Source of the DNA: Chiloscyllium plagiosum
Taxonomy: Eukaryota
Direction of reading: 5' to 3'
DNA: 64,000 nucleotides
NCBI RefSeq assembly: GCF_004010195.1
Contig: NC_057752.1
Span: 9,247,323-9,311,322, forward strand
Position 1 is the first letter of the stretch. The number at the start of each line of letters is the position of its first letter. This document shows, piece by piece, positions 24,570-38,588 of this stretch. Position numbers and translations under genes: made by a program. The notes below the pieces were generated by a model, which worked only from the letters and a program-made list of their open reading frames with translations, did not search any database and was not told the DNA's origin.

Positions 24570-25170
24570 TCATACAGCACCGGATGAGACCCTTTGGTCC
24601 AACCAGTCCATGCCAAACATAAACCCAAACTAAACTAATACCCCCTGCCTGCTACTGGCCCATATCCCTCCAAACCTTTTCTATTCACGTACTTATCCAA
24701 ATGTCTTTTAAACGTTGTAATTGTACCTACATCCACCAATTCCACAGGAGATTCATTCCATACACTGATCCACACTCTTGTGTGGAAAGAAAAATGTGTC
24801 TCATGTCTTTTTAAAATCTCTCTCCTCTCACCTTAAAATATGTCCCCCCTACTCTTGAAATCCCCCATCCCTAGGAAAAGACTACTATCGTTAACTCTAT
24901 CTATACCTCTCCATTATTTTATTAACTTCTATCAGATCACGTCTTAACCTGCTACACTCAAGTCAAAAAAGTCCCAGTCTATCCAGCCTTTCCTTATAAC
25001 TCAAACCTTCCATACCTGGCAACATCTTGGTAACTCTCTTCTGAACCCTCCCCAGCTTGATAATATCCTTCCTTCAGAACTGGACACAGTATTCCCGAAA
25101 AGGCCTCACCAATGTCCTGTACAACCTCAACATGACTTCCCAACTCCTATACTCAAAGAACTGAGCAATA
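24570..25170 (-). mobile_element. CR1 3' fragment
   Basis: Reverse-complement similarity to the CR1 tails elsewhere in the window. Confidence 0.8.
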
Positions 25171-26109
25171 CCTTTTGCCATTTTTGATCTTGCTTGCACT
25201 TTGCATCGTCACCTCTTAACATTCCAAGATGTACTTTCTTTTTCCCCATCACTGTTCACATTCCTTTCTTTTAACTTGACAATACCCCCTTCACCCATGC
25301 TTCCAATCAAACAAAACCAATGGACATTGTATCATGAAATAACAAAAACTGAAAATGCTGGAAATCTATACCAGATCAGTGGCATCGGCAGAGAGAGAAA
25401 CAGTTGACATTTCAGACCTTTAGTCAGTGTTATAATGATGAGCCATCAACCTGAAACATTAACGCTCTTTATCCTTAACACTTCTGGTATTTTATCATCC
25501 TGTTCTCTGAATAGAATCATAGAATCCCTATAGTGCAGAAAGGGGCCATTCGGCCCATCGGGTCTGTGCTAACTATCTAAAGAGCATCCTACCCTATCTC
25601 TTTAGCCTCGTATTTCTGGTGGCTAATCCCTGCACAGTGGAATTTAGTATGGCCTATTCACCTAACCTGCCCAAAATCAAATATCTGAAATGCATACTGA
25701 TCATTCTGTTTATTTTCCAGTTTATGTTGGTTTTTTCTTTTTTTTTGTTATGAAGATATTATATTGGATATTAATTTGAGACTGACTGGAACTGTGTCTT
25801 GTATAAATCTGTCTATATCTTGACCTTTTGGGAAAGAACATTTTCACAGCCAGTCTTGCTCTGCAGCAGGGATAAATGTTGCAAAGAACATAGGCTGCCT
25901 CAACTGGAGTCATTGAATCTACAATATTTTCAGAGAGGGAACATAAAAACATACTTTGTAGGTGTACTGAAGCTCTTGGATTTGAACACAAAAATAGAAC
26001 TTTCCTGGAGCAACAATCATAGCACCTTTTTTTTGTTCTCTGAAACCTCTTTCAAAGTTTGAGTTGAAAACCCACTGAAAGTCTTAATCACAAGTGGAGG
26101 GTACTAAAG

Positions 26110-29100
26110 GACCATAAAATATAGGAGCAGAATTAGGTCATTTGCCCATTTGAGTCTGCTCCACCATTTGATCATGGCTGATATGTTTCTCATACCCCAT
26201 TCTCCTGCCTACTCCCATAACCTAGATCCCTTTACTCATCAAGAACCTATGTCTTAAAAACACTCAATAACTTTGCCACAGAGGGCTGTGGAGGCCATGA
26301 GTTCCACAGATTAACCACCCTCTGGCTGAAGAAATGCCTCCTCATCGCAGTTTAAAGGGATGTCCCTTCAACCTGAGGCTGTGCCCCTTGTTTCCTAGTC
26401 TCTCCTACTGCATTCCTCTATTTTTACTACCAAAATGGATAACCTCATAGTTTCCCACGTTGTCTTCCATCCCTCATTTCTTTGCAAACTTGTCTAGCAT
26501 GTCCAAGTCATTCTGCAGCCTCCTTGCTTCCTCAACACTACCTGTCCTCCCCACCTCCGTTTGTGTCATCTGCAAACTTTGCAGTAATGCCCTCCGTTCC
26601 TTCTTCCAGATCATTAATGTATCACAGGAATACTTGTGGTCCCAACACTGCTGCAAAACTCCTCTAATCACAACCTACCCGTTTATCCCTATTCTTTGCC
26701 TTCTGCCAGTGAGCCAATTCTCTATCTATGCCAGTACCTTGTCCCTAATACCTTGGGGTCTTATTTATTTAGCAGCTTCCTGTGAGACACCTTGTCAGAG
26801 GCCTTTTGGAAATTCAAATAGATTACATCCACTGGCTCTCCTTTGTCTAACTTGCTTGTTACCTCCTTAAATAATTGTAACAGATTTGACAGACATGACA
26901 TCCCCTTGACTAAGTTGTGCTGACTGCCTTATTTTTACCATGCACTTCTACCTACTCTGCAATCTCATTTGTAATTCTTTATAATGGACTCTTAAAATCT
27001 TACCAGTGACCAAGATCAGTGTAACTGACCTGTAATTTCCTGTCTTCTGCCTTCCTCCCTCCTTAAACAGGGATCTTACATTTGCCATTTTCAGCCCTCT
27101 GGGATCCTCCTTGATTCATGAAAGGTGCCACTGTGGGCGGCACGGTGGCACAGTGGTTAGCACTGCTGCCTCGCAGCGCCAGAGACCCGGGTTCAATTCC
27201 CGCCTCAGGCGACTGACTGTGTGGAGTTTGCACATTCTCCCCGTGTCTGCGTGGGTTTCCTCCGGGTGCTCCGGTTTCCTCCCACAGTCCAAAGATGTGC
27301 AGAGTCAGGTGAATTGGCCATACTAAATTGCCCGTAGTGTTAGGTAAGGGGTAAATGTAGGGGTATGGGTGGGTTCGCTTCGGGTCGGTGTGGACTTGTT
27401 GGGCCGAAGGGCCTGTTTCCACACTGTAATGTAATCTGTAATCTGTACCCACCAATGCATCCACAGTGTCCTCTGCTATCTCCTTCAGAACCCTGGGGTG
27501 TAGCTCATCTCGTCCAGGTGATTAATTCGCTTTCAGACCTTTTCAGCTTCCCCAGCACCTCCTTAGTGATGGCTGCTACTTGACTCTCGCAATTCTGGTA
27601 TGTTGCTGATGCATCAGTTTTCACAGCGGAATACAAAGTACCTATTCAGTTTCTTTGCTATCTCTGTTACCCATTACTATTTCTCCAGCTTCATTTTGCA
27701 GCGGTCCAGTGTCATCTTTTAGATATCTGAGGAAACACTGTCTTTTTAATATTACGAACTAGTTTACTCTCCTATTTCTTCATCACCCCCTTTTTGTTGC
27801 TTTCTTAGTTGTCTTCTGCTGGTTCTTAAATCTTCCTACTAAACTTGATCACATTGTATGTTTTAACTTTTATGCTGTCCCTGACTTCGCTTGTCAGCCA
27901 TGGTTGCCTCGCCCTTCCCTTAGCATGTTTCTTCTTGCTTGGGATGAATTTCTTTTGTGCTTCCCAAATTACCCCCAGAAACCCCTGTCATTGCTTCTCT
28001 ACTGTCTTCTCTTTCACTCAAATCTGGCCAGTTTCTCCCTTATATCTTTGTAATTACTATTCCTCAATTGTAGTACAGTTAAATGTGATTCCAACTTCTC
28101 TCTCAAATTGTAGGGTGAGTTCCGTCATATTGTGGTCACTGTACCCCTGGGTTCCTTCCCTAATGACCCCTAATCAAGTTTGCCTTATTGCACATCACCA
28201 GATTCAGCATTGCCTGCTCCCTACCGAGCTCTACCACAAGCTGCTCCAAAAAACCATCTCATGGACATTACATGAATTCCATTTCTTGAGATCTGCTACC
28301 AACCTCATTTTCTTAGTCCATCTGCATATTGAAGTCCCTTGTTATTGTAATAGTGTTTTTCTTACATATCTGTCTATCTCCTGATTTATTTTCTGTCCCA
28401 CATCCTGGCTACTGATAGGCCTGTATATAATTCCTATCATGGTCTTTTCTCCTTTTGCAGTTCCTCAACTCCAGCCATACATACTCTACACCTTTCAACT
28501 CGATATCACTTGCTATCAATTTTAATTTCACTTCTTGCAAACAAGGTAGCTATGCCCCTCTGCTCATCTGCCTGTCCTTTCAATAGGACATGTATCCTTG
28601 GATATTTAGTTCCCAGCACATACAGCTATATTTCTGTGACAACCACAACATAATACCTGCCAACTTCAATCTGCATTACAAGCTCACTTATCTTGTTTAC
28701 TGTGCGCATTTAAGTACAACACCCTGAGTCCTGCATTGATTGCTTCTCATAGCTGTGTCAAGTTGTTATGGCTCACGCAGTAATCTGAAGAATAGTAGCA
28801 TTTTGGTTCTGCTTTCCAATTTAGCCCCTCACTGTTCATATTCCCTCAGCAGCACCTCTTTCTCTTTCTATCTATATTATTGGTACTTACATGGACCATG
28901 ACAATTGAATCTTCCCCTCCACTCCAAGTTCCTCAGCAGCCCAGATGAGAGATCCAGGCAATACAACTTTTGAAACTCTCTGTCCTAGTCACAGAGAATT
29001 GCCTATGCCCTTGACTATACTATCCTTGATTATAACTACTTCGCTTTTCTCCTCCCTCTTGAATGATTCCCTGTACCATGGTGCTATGATCAGTTTACTC

Positions 29101-29220
29101 ATCCACCCTACAGCCCCCACACTCATCTACACAGCAAGAATCTCCAACCCGTTAGACTAGCTCAAGGGCTGAGGCTCCCTCAGCACAACCTCCTGGATCT
29201 CTCTACCTGTCCCTGATTGT
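26110..29220 (-). mobile_element. Long degraded CR1-type LINE (RT, endonuclease and ORF1 remnants)
   Basis: FADDT-region remnant (tgtgtcatctgcaaact), GSVEEARRLQNDLD; interrupted by a SINE at 27135. Confidence 0.7.
27135..27446 (+). mobile_element. HE1/V-type SINE, full length, young
   Basis: Near-identical to 9654-9975. Confidence 0.92.
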
Positions 29221-29338
29221 TGACCAAATTTGAGGTAGTTTATTATAGGGGTGAGACTGCCTCCTGTTACGTCCAGGTAACTATTTTCCCCCTCACTGAT
29301 GTGCTAAGACTCAAGCTTGAAGCTCAGACTAGAGCTTG

Positions 29339-29452
29339 CTTTTTTTTTTTGCAAAAATATACTTTATTCATAAACTTTTATCTACATTCACGGCTATTAA
29401 AGCAGTTCTGTAGAGTCTTTGAACATCAAGGAAAAACAAACATTGGAATTTG
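29339..29452 (-). mobile_element. Short poly(A)-tailed retroposed fragment (L1/Tx1-like 3' end)
   Basis: T-run followed by TTTATT (AATAAA on the minus strand), interrupting older repeat sequence. Confidence 0.45.
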
Positions 29453-29928
29453 ACTTTCCCTGCAGTTGCAGAAACCAAAGATATTTCTTCCTCGTGCAGG
29501 ATACTACTTGCATACCTTGAGGCAGCGAGAGGGTCGGATAACTGCTCATCAACTCTGAGCCAGAGTTTCTCTAGCAACCAACGCTTCTGCACATGTGGTC
29601 ATGCTGAACCACAATGGGGTCCACCAGCTCCCACATCATGTAGATGCAACACATTGCCTGACCTGGCATCTCCATTTTAATTATTTGTTCTTGATTTTTT
29701 TTTTAAAATCACTTTGGTCTTTGTTTGTAGCCTGCAAGCATTTCCCCTGTTTACCTTCAATCTGAAAGTAACCATAGTAGTCAAATTAGTAGATGAAAGA
29801 TTTTCCTGTTGTGATTAGCTACAACTGATCCAGAAAGGCAACCCAGTGCCAACAGTTTGTGTTCCAAGGAATGTTGGTGAAGAGCAGCATTTTGGATAAT
29901 TTGAAAAATGCTTACTCCTGAATTTTAT

Positions 29929-30890
29929 TGTTATGATTCCAGGTGATATTACAAGTCAAGTCAAATCCCAGACTGAAACCTGGCTTCGTAGATCATACTT
30001 AGATTTATTTAGTTTTAACCATGTGGTCTCTCGCTGAAATATAAAGCAAATTCTGCAGCATTTGCATGCTTAACAATAAAACAGAAATCTATTAAGAGAA
30101 ATGGATAAAATTTTTAAAAGTCTTTTGATCTACTTATACAAAATCAAAGATTTTTAAACGCACAATAAAACTATCATCCTAGTAATCTCAAAACATTCCT
30201 TTATAAATTGAAAAGAGAAAAATGAAAGTGCTCATATGTAGTACCCAAAGCACACCCTGGTATAGTACCCAAAATGCACTTTGTCAAATTACACTCATCA
30301 GAGTCCCTGTATCTTAACACCTCCTTAAGTTTATGTCTCTTTTTTGACTTCAACTTTTAGATTGGAGCTGATGATAGCTGTTGTATACCTGAGTTTAACT
30401 GAGCTCAGCTTTAAGTAACATCTTCAGTGTTTTATACCAATACTTCTGCTCTGGGACTAACACTAACTCTTCACTCTAAAGTAACCTAGTTCACTGTATA
30501 TCCTTCCAAGAAGTCTTCCTCATCCAAGGTCTTCACAGGTCTGCTTCAAAATAAAACAAAAAGCTTTCTTTCCAAGCAGTGGCAGTTTCCCTTCAGCTTT
30601 TAACAGAAAACAGTCTGGAAATCGCTAACAAACCTTGAGGCCTTGTTATTTGTTTTGTGATCCAGCAAGGTAATCTAAGGTAAATTTTAAAAAAAAACTT
30701 TAAGTGATGCACAAAACTTATTCATTCTAAAGCCAGTCCTCCAAACTGTTTTAAGAGCAATCGCCATGGCTACAGAAGTATCTAAGTTAATAATTAACTT
30801 CAGACCCACTGAAAACCCATGGGTTACTAACTCCAATCAAAATTCCACACTTGCAATAAATGAGATATAATCTCAGTTTACATCATAACT
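29929..30890 (-). mobile_element. Probable solo LTR (~960 bp)
   Basis: Inverted termini TGTTATGA...TCATAAC(T), near-TSD tttat/gttat, and homology to 511-573. Confidence 0.55.
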
Positions 30891-31714
30891 GTTATTTGGC
30901 CAAAGTACTTTAAAGAAAACATTCTCTGCACAGAGCTTCATATTTTTCCCAGGCTTGGAAGAAGCATGTGTCTGTGTATTTTTAGAGGGGTGGTTGTATA
31001 TATTTGTGCACTTTAGATCTTTGCTTGAGTAAGTTGCTGTGATAAGCTGGTAACAAATTTAAAAAAAACTTCAGGAACCTGGTTGACTTGTTCATGATGC
31101 TACCAAATGGTATAGTTCAGCACCACCTCCAGTTTTGAATTCAAACTTGTAACACCATATTTATTTTCTGTTCCTGTTGTGAACACTGCTTATTTAAGGT
31201 GGTTCTGATGAAGGGTTTCACATCAGAAACCACAACTTGTCTGTTTGCTGTGCCAATGCAGATCAGTACTTCTAGCACTTCTGTTTTCATTTTCGGATTT
31301 ATTTCCAGCAGTATTTTTCAGTGTTTTGGTTAGGATTTCTGTGATGAAATAATGGTGTGAAATTTTGGATCCCCTTGAATTATGCAAGAAGACCTCAGGT
31401 GTGGATCAGACAGGTCAAGAAGCATCTGGGAGAGAGAGAGAGACTGTGTTTTCTTCAGAAGTAACAACAGTAATTAAGTGATGTGAATTTTATAAATGAG
31501 GTAGTTTTAAAGATCCAAAATCACTTGCTATGTTTGTATAGGAAAGGGGATCCCAATAAATCATGTCAAATAGACTTGACATAATATACTAGAAAATAAA
31601 CTTGAGTCAGTTGAGATTTGTTCTGAATTAACCCATTCTGTCTCGCACCTTCTGTAAAATACACCAACCTCACCAGAAGGGTTTCTGGTTCAGTCACTGA
31701 GGTCTGCTTTTAAG

Positions 31715-31937
31715 GAGGGGAAAGTGAGTATTGCAGATGCTGGAGATCAGAAGTGAGTGTGGTGCTGAAAAAGCACAGCTGGTCAGGCAGCATCCGAGGA
31801 GCAAGAGAATCAACGTTTCAGGCGTAAGCCCTTCGGGAATGTGCTCGTTCCTGCTGAAGGGCTTTTGCCCAAAAAGTAGATTCTCCTTCTTGGATGCTGC
31901 CTGACCGGCTGTGCTGTTCTGGCACCACACTCTTCGA
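31715..31937. mobile_element. Penelope-derived fold-back element with 13-bp TSD
   Basis: TSD GTCTGCTTTTAAG at 31702-31714 and 31938-31950; imperfect inverted arms. Confidence 0.85.
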
Positions 31938-33164
31938 GTCTGCTTTTAAGTCCCTGCAATATCAAAAATCAGCTATACCTGATCATTATCCTGTGACCTT
32001 GCTGGAAAGTGCACATGTTTGAGACAGAATCAAGCTTGGCTGTGATGCCTACTCAGGCTTGTATACAGATTTAACTTTTTGGATGGTATTAATTAGATAA
32101 CTCTACCAAAGGGTCAGGATATGCATCATGGGCCAAATTGCCTCCTGTGCTATTTCTATGATTTTACTTGCCTGCCTCTCTGAAACTGCACCATGACAGT
32201 AGCTGATGCTTTTGGGGAGGCTGGGAGAAAGTTGGTGGTTTGGGGGAGGGTGGGTGGAAGGAAGGGAAAACAAGAGGCAGAAGGATTTTTTTTAAAATGA
32301 TAAAACAAATGAGAAAATGCTACACAGACGTGCCCCTTTGATATGCAGAGTGTTTTCATGTTTGGAATTGGAGCAGCTGGAGCAAATCCTTCTGTCCGCA
32401 CAGGATGGCAGATGTAATATGAACGGAGTTTGGTAACACACTGATCTATCGAGGTCTTTGTCACTGAAATACATACACCAGCGAAAGATATTTTTAAAAT
32501 GATTGAATTACCTATATTATGCCAGAAGCAATTACCAGTGGCATATGGAGTTGCAAATGAGCATAGGTACCAGTCATTTTTTTTCTTTGACCATCTGGAA
32601 ATGGGATTAAAGGGGCCCAGTGATCACTGCAGATGGGGGTCAACTTCATTCAGAGGTACTGCAAGGATTTTGAACTCTAATCCAGATGGCAGTACTGTAC
32701 AGTACCCTCATTAGCTGAGGGTAGGTTTATTAAGGCTTCAGTGAAATTATTTGGGTCTGAACTTGAGCAGACTGGCCTCAAAACGTTAAGTTCATTGTTT
32801 GAATTTCTCTTTGTTCATGTAGAGATTTAAGTGCTAATTAAGTTTGGTGGTGTCTTTCAGCCAGACAATATACTAATCACAATCGGCAGACAGAGAGGAT
32901 TTGATTTAAATAAGTGATATGCTTTCTTCAACAAAAGATAATGCCGTGAGCAAGTTGATTGCTTTCAGTTGTAATTGATAGCCAAATCATGTGTGTGCTG
33001 TGCTTCACTTTAATGAGATATGAAGAGTGAACGAGAGGATGTCATCATGATGTTGCCTACCCCCAAGAGCGTCTTCTCTTTTCTGCCCCCCCCCCACCCC
33101 CCATCAAGAAAAAAGAAAAATGATCAGGGTTGAACGTGCTGGATGTTTTTGTTCTCTCAAGCAG

Positions 33165-33288
33165 GCTAACAAAGATCAGCATCTCAAGTCTGATGTTTCC
33201 AAAAAGTGGCTAGACAAGACTGCAGAAGCCAGTTGTTTGATCGAAGACATAGAGAGAAAAGCAAGGGAGGAAAACTCAAGTGGTTTTG
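33165..33288 (+). CDS. LIMA1: LIMA1 coding exon 4 (124 nt, divergent)
   Basis: Pyrimidine tract plus cAG acceptor, open frame [41 protein letters not shown], donor GTAAGG at 33289. Phase 0 in and phase 1 out exactly bridges the flanking exons. Protein similarity is weak. Confidence 0.75.
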
Positions 33289-35259
33289 GTAAGGATTTTT
33301 TTTAAATGTATAGGGATATGATGGGGAGGGGATTACAGTTAAATTCTGGAGGAGATATTAGTAGCATGAGGACAACTTTTCAAAGAACAAAATTGTGCTG
33401 TCATTGCTTCCCATTTGGTAAAATGAGCATTGATGTTTGAGTCATTAGCCTTTGACAATTAAAATTGTTTAGCACACTATTTTAAAGCATGTTGATTGTG
33501 CTTGCTTCATTCTGAAAACTGCTGTGACTTTGTATTTATAGTACAGGGAATGAAGTGGCTCTGTAATACTGGGTGCCTTACTGATATAATAAATGTCCTG
33601 ATTACATTGCACGTTGTTTCCACAGCAGCCTGAAGCTTTTTAGCCTCTTGGCCACATAATCAGCTGTTAAAAGTTTTATACTGAGGTTGGACTGAAACTT
33701 GCTGTCTTGAGTGCCACAAGTGCCACTTTTGTTTACATTATCAGTTTACTGACTTTCAAATTGTTGTTCCAGTGATTTTTTTCTCTGAGTTGTTTTGCCT
33801 TATTGACCATATGAAAACAGATATTTGGGGGAAATTATCCCTAATGCCCTAAGGGTCAGTCTCCTTCCCTTTAGAGTTATAATATTAAACATTCCCACTA
33901 ATTATTCTACTGGAGTTTTAATAGCTTGTGTGTTTTAGAACTAACTTCCCATTGTTTATATCACAGCAGAACATTTATATTCAGCCATTATCATTAAGTG
34001 GAATCATTTGAAGGGATGCCTTTTTTTTTCCCCTAGCAAATAGACAATTGTTTAGAGTAGCCATTGATTTCTTTTTGCTTTCCAGAATGCAAAAGTCCCT
34101 GGTTATTTACAAGATAATTGCATAGCGTAGGATTGCCAACTGTATCAAATTCCAATAATTTCTTGCTGTTCACAAGATTTCATCTGATCAATCTCCAAAT
34201 TGATCGCATCATATCCTAATGCAACGTTGGGAAAATCTGACGTTGGCACTGTTAGCACTCATTGTTTAGTTAATGAGAATTATCTTTGGGAAATAAGCTT
34301 TCTATGGTTTCTGAGACTTGAAATAGATAAATACATGTATGTGGTAATGTTGTGCAGGACTTGGTTGAGTTCTTATCTGCGCAGCATTAGGTTTAGTTGG
34401 GTTAATCCTTTTTGGATGTGATACCCACATTTTTGGGGCTGGTTTCAAAGCAGTGCTACTGAATACTTAAATGTAACTGAGGCAGCTTCACTGAACTTCC
34501 TTCACCGTTTCCTGAAGTACATCACTGTCTCAGTGTCTTTTCATAATATGAATTGCTCATACTGAATATTCCACTAGCCAACTCCTTGTCTTCAGCCCTC
34601 AAAAGCAGTTTAATATTGGTATATCTCCATCCTTTTCAGGATAGTTTCCCAAGATTACCGACAGCAACTCACCAGGGATGTTTAAGGTTACAACTTACTG
34701 TGCTTTGAATACTTGTTTTGTAACTGTTCTATAAGCTTCTTGCATAATTTCAAACTCTGAAATGGGAGCATACATTCCTATTGCCTTTGGCTTTCCTGAG
34801 TGATTCATAAGCAATGAAGCATATGGTATCTGGCTATTTTCCATCTTTTTCTTTCCCTACCCCTGGAAAAAGTGTAAATATTAATGCTTTAAGCGGTTAA
34901 TTCTGCTTTGTTTCAGCCTGAGGGTTTCCCAGCTGTGTTGCCTTTTGCTTTTTGAAGTCTGGCATTTTTGCCTTGCAGCTGCATTACATCGATATTATTT
35001 ATCACTGAACTATGTCTTTTATTTTTTGGGTAGTCTTAAGGTTGCAATAGGCATTTTCTTGAGCCATACATATTAACGTGAAGGATTTCTGTCATTGGGT
35101 CGAGGAGCAAAAATTTGTGATTGGATCTGTGTTTGCTCTCAATTAATTAGTTGTTTGATTTACCCCATGTACAAGAAGGGTCTGTTTCTGTGCTGTCCAT
35201 CTCTGACTCTTCCACTGCCTCTGATGAGAGGCAATAAAAAGAGCTGAAGCCAATTAGCG

Positions 35260-35486
35260 AGTCTTGATTAGAGTGGTGCTGGAAAAGCACAGCAGGTCAG
35301 GCAGCATCCGAGGGGCAGGGAAATCGACATTTCTGGCAAAAGCTCTTCAGCACTATTCCTGATGAAGGGCTTTTGCCCGCAACGTCGATTTTCCTGCTCC
35401 TCGGATGCTGCCTGACCTGCTATGCTTTTCCAGCACCACTCTAATCTAGATTCCTGGTTTCCAATATCAGCAGTCCTTGCTTTTAC
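35260..35486 (+). mobile_element. Penelope-derived fold-back element with TSD
   Basis: TSD CCAATTAGCG at 35250-35259 and 35487-35496; hammerhead CTGATGA at 35359 with GAAA mutated to GCAA. Confidence 0.85.
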
Positions 35487-36779
35487 CCAATTAGCGGGTA
35501 GAAAGTTCAGTTCCTTTTTGGGGGGGAGTGCTTGTGATGTAGTGGTAGAGTCCTTTGCTCTGAGCTAGGAGACCTGGGTTCAAATCTCACCTATTCCAGA
35601 TCTGTGTAATAACATCGCTAAGTAGGGTTGATTTAAAAGTATCTTCAACCCCGTTGAGATTCTAGGTCATGACTGATAATGTACCTCAATGCCATTTTCC
35701 CTTCACTGTCCCCTTATCTACGTTATGTTCCGTTTTGCCATATTCCTGTCCACTTGCTTAGCCTGTCTAAATCACGCTGAAGCCTCTCTCCATCATCCTC
35801 TCATGTTCTCACCTATTTTCGTCATCCAGAAACATGGGAACATTGCATTTTTGTCCACATCCAAATCATTTGATATAGGACAGAATTTTCCCTACTGAGG
35901 TGCGAAGGAAGTAATGAGAAAGATGGAAAAATATAGTGAGAATTAGAACATTTGATTGCCCACATTGGGTAAAAATTTTGCTGATTTTATCCCCTCACGG
36001 CTTAAATGGTGACGTCATTAGATGGTGACTAATTTTTTCCATATATTTGTATCTTCTTTAAACCCCAACTCTCTTTATTTACATGCCGCTCCCTGTTTTC
36101 TCTCTTATCCAAGAAACTAGATGGTAGAAGTTCCTGACATATAAGTTAGAGAGGTGCTTGGCAGCTGCAGTTTGCTGAAGGTTTGTCATGGCGACCATGC
36201 AACTTCCGAATGCTCCCCAGCCACCATTGTCCTCGACTCATCGTCCACAGAAATTGATATTCGCAAACCAGCCGCCTCATCTCATCAAGAATAGGACTAA
36301 TGTCTTTTGTCCCAATCAGCTGACAATTCCCCGTGTCTATCACTGAAACTTGGGCTAACCTCAAGTTCTACCTCACCCTGAGTAAAGTTTACCATTAATT
36401 CAATAGATACTTTTTGGAATGTATGGAAATTCTAAGGGTAATCTATCCATGGTTAACCAGAAAAGTAAAAGATAGATAGTATCAAATTTAAAAAGCCTCT
36501 GTGTAAAGGCAGGTGGAAGATCAGCATGTTTGACAGAATATAAAAATAGCAAAGAATAGCCAAAATATTAATGAGGGGAAAATTGTGTACAAGAGAGCCA
36601 GCCAGAAATACAAAAACAGATATTTAAATACAAAGAAAATAGTTAACAAGGTGAATATTGGACTTGCAGGAAATGAGTTTGGGGGCTTCCTAATGGACAA
36701 TAAGGAGAATGGCAGAATGACTTGCCCGGTATTTTGCATCAGTCTTCTCTGTAGATGTTATAAGCAATATCAGAGAAGC

Positions 36780-38361
36780 ATTAGTGTTTACTGTAGAGAA
36801 GGACATGGGAGATATAGAATGTGTGGAAATAGATGGTGACATCTTGAAAAATGTCCATATTATAGAGGAGGTGGTGCTGGATGTCTTGAAACGCATAAAT
36901 CCCCAGGACCTAATGAGGTGTATCCTAGAACTCTGTGGGAAGCTAGGGAAGTGATTGCTGGGTCCCTTGCTAAGATATTTATATCATCGATGGTCTCAGG
37001 TGAGGTGCTGGAAGACTGGAGGAAAAGCCAGGGAACTATAGACCGGTGAGCCTGATGTTGGTGGTGGGCACATTGTTGGAGGGAATCTTGAGGGACAGGA
37101 TTTGTGTATTTGGAAAGGCAAGGACTGATTAGGGATAGTCAGCATTGCTTTGTGGGAAATAATGTCTCTCAAACTTGATTGAGTTTTTTGAAGAAGTAAC
37201 AGAAGATTGAGGGCAGAACGGTGGACGTGATCTATATGGAAAGGTTCCCCATGGGAGATTGGTTAGCAAGGTTAGATCTCACGGAATACAGTCAGAACTA
37301 GCCATTTGGATACAGAACTGACTTGAAGGTAGAAGACAAAGGGTGGTGGAGGGTTGCTTTTCAGACTGGAGGCATGTGCCCAGTGGAGTGCCACAAGGAT
37401 CAGTGCTGGGTCCACTACTTTTCATCATTTATATAAATGATTTGGATGTGAGCATAGGAGGTATAGTTAGTAAGTTTGCAGATGACACCAAAATTGGAGA
37501 TGCAGTGGACAGTGAAGAGGGTTACCTCAGCTTACAACGGGATCTTGATCAGATGGGCCAAGGAGTGGCAGATGGAGTTTAATTTAGGTAAACGTGAGGT
37601 GCTGCATTTTGGGAGAGCAAATCAGAGCAAATATACCTTAATGGTAAAGTCCTCGGAAGTGTTGCTGAACAAAAAGACCTTGGAGTGCAGGTTGAAAGCG
37701 GAGTCTTGGGTAGATAGGATAGTGAAGAAGGCGTTTGGTATGCTTTCCTTTCCTGGTCAGAGTATTGAGTATTGGAGTTCAGAGGTCCTGCTGCAGCTGT
37801 ACAGAACATTGGTTAGGCCACTGTTAGAATATTGCGTGCAATTCTGCTCTCCTTATCGGGAAGGATGTTGTAAAACTTGAAAGGGTTCAGAAAAGATTTA
37901 CAAGGATGTTAGGGTTTAGAATTTGAGCTATAGGGAGAGGCTGAATAGGCTGGGGCTGTATTTTCAGGAGTGTCAGAGGTTGAGGGGTGACCTTATTGAG
38001 GTTTATAAAATTATGAGGGGCATGGATAGGGTAAATAGAGAGACTTTTCCCTGGGGTTGAGGAGTCCAGAAGTAGAGGGCATAGGTTTAGGGTGGGAGGG
38101 GAAAGATATAAAAGGGACCTAAGGGGCAACTTTATCATGTAGAGGGTGGTGCGTGTATGGAATGAGCTGCCAGAGGAAGTGGTGGAGGCTGGTATAATTA
38201 CAGCTTTGAAAAGGCATTTGGATGGGTATATGAATAGGAAGGGTTTGGAGGGATATGGGCCAGGTGCTGGCAAATGGGACTAGATTGGGTTAGGTTATCT
38301 GGTTAGCATGGGCTAGTTGGACCAAGGGGTCGGTTTCTGTGCTGTACATCTATATGACTCT
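36780..38361 (+). mobile_element. CR1-type LINE RT and 3' end
   Basis: [32 protein letters not shown]; tail ctgtgctgtacatctatatgactct. Confidence 0.93.
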
Positions 38362-38588
38362 AAGTAGTGATTAAATCAAGAAGTGAAAGGAACTCCGTAA
38401 AATCACAATTGCCAGAGAAGCAGTACTGAGTAAATCATTGAAGGTGACAAATGCCAGATATCATCCTAGGGTCTTAAGAGGTGAGTAGTGTGATAATTGA
38501 TGCATTGGCTTTAACATTCCACAACTCCTTTTAATTCGCAGAAGGTCACATTAGATTGGATCATAGCAAATTAAACTCTCATTCAAAA

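Noticed and set aside
31204..31232. CTGATGA...GAAAC as another hammerhead
   Set aside because: No stem II pairing or cleavage triplet; a decayed PLE terminus.
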